A DNA stretch of 64,000 bases. Source: an uncultured bacterium. GTDB taxonomy: Bacteria; Chloroflexota; UBA5177; JANWHV01. The stretch lies in assembly GCA_963827235.1 (NCBI GenBank), contig CAWHAE010000010.1, positions 832,001 to 896,000 on the forward strand, read 5' to 3'. The notes under the pieces were generated by a model, which made no database searches, was not told the origin of the DNA, and saw only the letters and a list, made by a program, of their open reading frames with translations. Positions 59,591 through 64,000 of the stretch are shown in pieces. The first letter of the stretch is position 1; the number at the start of each line of letters is the position of its first letter. The position numbers and the translations under genes were made by a program.

Positions 59591-59630
59591 TGGAGCATCG
59601 GCGGCAGGCCGCCATGCCGCCGATGCTCCA
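59591..59630. repeat. Perfect 16-bp inverted repeat with 8-nt loop
   Basis: TGGAGCATCGGCGGCA-N8-TGCCGCCGATGCTCCA; no U-tract. Confidence 0.8.
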
Positions 59631-59743
59631 TGCCAACCACGTGGTTTACCACAATGCCTCATTGGGGTCGGGGCCGCAATGTGCGAAACTGAGATGAGCG
59701 TACGCATCGAACGTGTTAGCACATTGAAGGTCAGAACCAACTG

Positions 59744-60994
59744 ATGGATTGGCAAGCAGCTAGTCCAGTCGCGCTGCTCCGAGAGGTTGATCCCGCGATC
59801 GTCGAACGGATCACGGAGCAGCTCGACGAGCTCGGCTATACGTCCGCGGTCGTCGACGACATTCTCTCGGTGCTGCCTGAGATGTCGGAGCCCGACGTTG
59901 TACTGATCGGTCTGGAAGGACCGGCAGCGCCGCGGACGGCCTTCGCTCGCCAGGCGAACGCGAGCTTTCCCGGTGCGCTCATTCTGGGCTACACCATGGA
60001 CTTCACCGCCGACGCGCTGGCGGGAGCAATGGCGATTGGTCTGCGGCGCGTGCTGCCGTATCCGTTCAGCACCGCGATGCTGCGGCAGACCATCGAAGCC
60101 GTGCGCGCCGAGCTACAGTCATTGACTGCCAAACAGCCGACCGCGGCTCCGACCGTTGTGCACGCCGATCTGCCACGGCGGCCGGCAGACACGGTGCCGG
60201 ACCTTCCGCACCAGCTGATCGTGATCACGAGTCCAAAGGGCGGAGTTGGCACCTCCACGCTCTCCGTGAATCTGGCCGCGGCACTTCAGGTTCTGGGCTA
60301 CCCGACCGCACTGGTCGACCTCAACCTGAATTTCGCCAGCCACGGCGTCTTTCTCGATCTCCATTCTGACAGGTCGCTTGCGGACTTGCTCGACGGCGCC
60401 CAGATAACACGGCCGGCCGTAACGTCGCTGCTTGTGCGGCACCAGAGTGGGCTGCACGCTCTCCTCGGCCCTGAGCAGCCGGAGGACGGCGAACGCATCC
60501 TGTTTGAGCATATTCAGCAGACGCTCACCATTCTGCGGGACTCGTTCACGTTTACGGTAGTCGACGCGTGCCCGTGTTTCGACGGCCGCGTGCTGGCCGC
60601 GCTGGAAATGTCGAACACGATCCTTGTTCCGCTGTGCCCCGACCTGCCCACGATGAAGAACACGAACTCGTATTTGCGCGTCATCGAGCTCTTGCACTAT
60701 GACATGAGCAAGCTCATGTTGGTGATGATGAGGGCGGACAGCATCAGCCAGCATGAGCTTCGCGACATCGAGGCGGCAATCAACCGGGAGATACGGTTGC
60801 GCATAGCGAGTGACGGAACGCGCACTACAGACGCCGCCAACTCGGGTACGCCGTTCGTGCTCAGTGAGCCCGATGCACCAGTCAGTCAGAACGTCTTCGC
60901 CGTCGCGCGGACACTGATTGGCAATACGTCTGACGACTATACCGCGGCCCGGCCCAAGAAGCAGTCGATGGTCGGCCGCTTCTTGAGACGGTAG
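59744..60994 (+). CDS. CpaE/TadZ-like pseudo-receiver + MinD/ParA-type ATPase
   Basis: Receiver lacks the phospho-Asp (DVVLIGL); degenerate Walker A SPKGGVGTS; amphipathic C-terminus VGRFLRR. Confidence 0.85.
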   Translation: MDWQAASPVALLREVDPAIVERITEQLDELGYTSAVVDDILSVLPEMSEPDVVLIGLEGPAAPRTAFARQANASFPGALILGYTMDFTADALAGAMAIGLRRVLPYPFSTAMLRQTIEAVRAELQSLTAKQPTAAPTVVHADLPRRPADTVPDLPHQLIVITSPKGGVGTSTLSVNLAAALQVLGYPTALVDLNLNFASHGVFLDLHSDRSLADLLDGAQITRPAVTSLLVRHQSGLHALLGPEQPEDGERILFEHIQQTLTILRDSFTFTVVDACPCFDGRVLAALEMSNTILVPLCPDLPTMKNTNSYLRVIELLHYDMSKLMLVMMRADSISQHELRDIEAAINREIRLRIASDGTRTTDAANSGTPFVLSEPDAPVSQNVFAVARTLIGNTSDDYTAARPKKQSMVGRFLRR

Positions 60995-61014
60995 CCGCGA
61001 GCTAGCGTGACCCG

Positions 61015-63048
61015 CTACGCTGCCAGGTCGCTTGGCGAATAGTTCTTGAGCACCGGCACGTCGATGAGCAGGCCGATCCGGCCGTCGCCCAGAATGGTAG
61101 CCCCGGCGAGGCCGCGAATATAGCCCATGTAGTTGCCCAGCGGCTTCATCACGATCTCTTGCTCGCCTATCACGTGGTCGACCACCAGACCGAGCATCTG
61201 GCCGTCGACACGGGTTGCCACGACGTGTTGAGAGCTCAAGCTGGTGTCTCTACCGCTTCGGCAGAAATACTGCCGCAGGCGCAGCAAGGGCAGAATCGTG
61301 CCGCGAACCAGCGTGGCCTCGGTGCCCTGGAGCTCGTGAATCTGATCGTCCTGCACATTGAGGATCTCGGTCACCATGTTGAGCGGCAGGGCGTAGACGG
61401 CGTTGTCGACCGACACGAGCAAGGCCTGCATGATGGCCAACGTCAGGGGCAGCGTGATTGAGAACGTCGTGCCCTTACCGAGCACGCTCTGGACCGCGAC
61501 GTGTCCACCCATGCGGTCGACCGTGGACTTGACGATGTCGGTGCCCACCCCGCGCCCGCTGATGTCGGTTATCGCGCGAGCAGTGGAGAGCCCAGGCATG
61601 AAGCACAGCTCGACCATTTCCTGCTCAGTCAGTCTCGCCGCCGCCTCGGTCGTGATCAGACCTTTTTCGACGGCCTTGGCCAGCACCTTCCGACCGTCGA
61701 TGCCGGCGCCGTCGTCCCGAACTTCGATCAGGATATGATTCTCAGCCGGTGTAGCCGAGAGGGCGATAGAGCCCACGGGACTCTTACCCGCGGCAACGCG
61801 CTGTTCGGGTGACTCGATACCGTGGTCCAGCGAATTCCTGAGCATGTGCACCAGCGGATCCGAAAGCATCTCGATCACGGAGCGGTCGAGCTCGGTCTCA
61901 TTACCGGTCATTGTGAAGTTGACTTGCTTGCCGCTCTGTGCGGTGAGGTCGCGCACCAGCCGCGGGAACTTGTGGAACACGTTGGCGACGGGTAGCATCC
62001 GGGCCTTCATCACGGTCGATTGAAGGTCGGTCACCACCTGCTCGAGATGGCTAACGGCATCGTCGAGACCTGCCACGCTCTCGTCGTCGGAGTAGCGCGA
62101 CTGGAGCTGGGATCGCAGCGTCTGCAGCCGCGTGCGCCCTAGCACGAGCTCGCTCACCAGGCTCATGAGGCTGTCCACGATGCCGACAGAGATCCTGATA
62201 CTGGTGTCGGCTGACCCACTGGCCTGCCGGCCTCCTGCCGCTGCTTTCGGGCTCTGCGGCTCCGCGGCTTTAGCCGCTTGAAGTGCCAGCTCCGGATCTG
62301 GAATGCTGTATGCGTCAACCGACACGCCGGTCACGTCGCCGATCTCGAGGATCCTCTCCTGCAGCTTGATCGGCTGCATATCGATCAGCGCCAGGGCCTT
62401 GAGGCCGACAGAGCGCTCATATCCTTCGAGCTGGTCTTTGCTGGGGATCATGCGTACTATGCGGCCGCAGCGCTCGAGTTCCATGGCTGCCTGGAACGTG
62501 CGCGCCACGCTCAATCCGCAGTCGACGTCTACCGACACCGAAACGAGATAGAGCTTGTCGGCAGGAGTGCCGTCCGGCAGAGAGTCCAGCGCCTCGTCGT
62601 ACGGCCAATCCACTTCTGATCCCGACTGCGCGGAGTCTGTTGCACGAACGCTAGCTTGTTTCAGGCACGCCATCAAAGCATGCCGCACGTCGTCGAGCGG
62701 CAGGTCGGCTGGGACCCGCGTGACCACCTCATGGTTCAGGACCTTCAGCGCGTCGAGTGCCTCCAGCAGTGCATCGGTAGTCCGCTGCGTGACGCGCACG
62801 GTATGCGAACGGAGGGCATCCAGCACGTTCTCCATGTCGTGCGAGAGCTCCGCCATGCGCTGATGGCCAATGATGCCCGCTCCCCCCTTGATGGTGTGAG
62901 CAGAGCGAAAGATCTGCTGCAGGAGCCCACCATCGTCCGGATTGGTCTCGAGCTGGACAATGCCCTGATCGAGCATCTGAATGTGGTCGTTCGTCTCGGA
63001 TAGAAACAACTCTATCTCTTGATCATCTGCGTCAAACTCTAGGGCCAC
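61015..63048 (-). CDS. cheA: Chemotaxis histidine kinase CheA
   Basis: HPt FRSAHTIKG, P2 domain, RNSLDHGIE, DDGAG, SGRGVG, CheW domain; GTG start placed by the GGAGG spacing. Confidence 0.97.
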   Translation of the reverse strand: MALEFDADDQEIELFLSETNDHIQMLDQGIVQLETNPDDGGLLQQIFRSAHTIKGGAGIIGHQRMAELSHDMENVLDALRSHTVRVTQRTTDALLEALDALKVLNHEVVTRVPADLPLDDVRHALMACLKQASVRATDSAQSGSEVDWPYDEALDSLPDGTPADKLYLVSVSVDVDCGLSVARTFQAAMELERCGRIVRMIPSKDQLEGYERSVGLKALALIDMQPIKLQERILEIGDVTGVSVDAYSIPDPELALQAAKAAEPQSPKAAAGGRQASGSADTSIRISVGIVDSLMSLVSELVLGRTRLQTLRSQLQSRYSDDESVAGLDDAVSHLEQVVTDLQSTVMKARMLPVANVFHKFPRLVRDLTAQSGKQVNFTMTGNETELDRSVIEMLSDPLVHMLRNSLDHGIESPEQRVAAGKSPVGSIALSATPAENHILIEVRDDGAGIDGRKVLAKAVEKGLITTEAAARLTEQEMVELCFMPGLSTARAITDISGRGVGTDIVKSTVDRMGGHVAVQSVLGKGTTFSITLPLTLAIMQALLVSVDNAVYALPLNMVTEILNVQDDQIHELQGTEATLVRGTILPLLRLRQYFCRSGRDTSLSSQHVVATRVDGQMLGLVVDHVIGEQEIVMKPLGNYMGYIRGLAGATILGDGRIGLLIDVPVLKNYSPSDLAA

Positions 63049-63061
63049 AGTCATCCTCCAT

Positions 63062-63565
63062 TCACAGAGCCTGCTCAGCGCCGCCAACGAGGCGCACGGT
63101 CGTGACGCCGGTGGAAGCGTAGAGCGTCAATGTACGTCCCATGTTGCCCCCGACGTCTTGAGCGACGGAGCGCAGGCCGTTCTCCTCCAGTGCATGCAGT
63201 ACCGCCTCAATATTGCGGCGACCTACCTGAAGCCGATCCTCTTTGTTACCCAGCCGTATCACTTGCGCCCCGCCAGCCAGCTTGATCACACAATCCCTGA
63301 TTCGCGCCCCACGTCTCTCCAGCGAATCTACTACTGACACGACAGCCTGGTCGGCGAAGCGAGCCGGCTGATCCGCGGGTAGTTGCGCCGGAGCAGGGCC
63401 GGGAAGCATGACGTGTGCCAGTGCAGCGACCCTGGTCTTGGGCTCATACACGGCTATCCCGATGCACGATCCCAGTCCCCTGGCCACGAGCAGGCCGTCG
63501 GCCCGCTGGACGATGGATAGCTCGCCGAGGCCGACCGAAGTTATAGTGATGGCGGCTGGCTGCAC
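63062..63565 (-). CDS. cheD: Chemoreceptor glutamine deamidase CheD
   Basis: GLGSCIG, AHVMLP, KLAGGA, GRRN, DVGG..GR. Confidence 0.95.
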   Translation of the reverse strand: MQPAAITITSVGLGELSIVQRADGLLVARGLGSCIGIAVYEPKTRVAALAHVMLPGPAPAQLPADQPARFADQAVVSVVDSLERRGARIRDCVIKLAGGAQVIRLGNKEDRLQVGRRNIEAVLHALEENGLRSVAQDVGGNMGRTLTLYASTGVTTVRLVGGAEQAL

Positions 63566-64000
63566 GTTACTAACCGGCTTTCCAACGTGTCACACGACAG
63601 ATCAGTGGGTAGCAGAATGAGCTCGCCTTGCAGCCTCTCACCTCCCACCTCGAAGAGGGTGTGGACCAGCAGCGCATGCGACGAATCCAGCGCCAACTCG
63701 AGCACGACGTTGCTGAGCAAAGCGCCGATCATGTCGTGAACCACAACGGGTGGAGACGGGTGTACTGTGTAGTCCACGGCATTTGCTATGGCGTTCAGGA
63801 ACGATGCCGTTACGATATTGCCCACTTCTCCGAGCGCCGATTCCGCCATCGCGGAAAGCGGCTGTTCGACAGGCTCCATGAGCAGCTTCTCCGAAAGCTG
63901 CGCGGCGGCCTCCGGCGAGAACGAGAGGACCACATGGCCCTCAAACGGACCGTCGAACTGCAAGTACACTGCGGTTACCAGGCGTTCTTCACCCTCTCGC
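63541..64000 (-). CDS. cheC: CheY-P phosphatase CheC (5' part outside the window)
   Basis: SALGEVGNI (ExxN), PSPP, DMIGA; adjacent to cheD. Confidence 0.9.
   Translation of the reverse strand, partial: REGEERLVTAVYLQFDGPFEGHVVLSFSPEAAAQLSEKLLMEPVEQPLSAMAESALGEVGNIVTASFLNAIANAVDYTVHPSPPVVVHDMIGALLSNVVLELALDSSHALLVHTLFEVGGERLQGELILLPTDLSCDTLESRLVTCSQPPSL

Overview
GC-rich (roughly two-thirds G+C by eye) bacterial chromosomal segment, most likely Chloroflexota (inferred from the LysW lysine pathway under a T-box, F420 biosynthesis, RibXY with an FMN riboswitch, and a GT-C/PA14 protein). From left to right it holds: a LacI-controlled alpha-glucoside locus (two GH65-type enzymes, a sugar ABC transporter, three operators); a candidate 6S RNA; a Met-less c-type cytochrome; tRNA-Met; glgB; aroQ; a Lys T-box heading a LysW/alpha-aminoadipate operon; dxs; thyX; a Ser/Thr kinase plus NHL propeller pair; lysN-phzF-MocR; rlmN; cofDCE-npdG; a GGDEF-EAL protein; FMN riboswitch-ribXY-mce; tRNA-Val; and an atypical folD. 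The right end is a motility/signalling region with a candidate sRNA, two tandem FapA(DUF342)-PilZ fusions (one behind a sigma28 promoter), an HTH-GAF-PAS regulator, an orphan CpaE-like protein and cheC-cheD-cheA. Ten single-base frameshifts are confined to 17.9-25.6 kb and are probably sequencing or assembly errors. No CRISPR array, transposase or prophage was seen. All calls come from reading motifs by eye; no database search was run.
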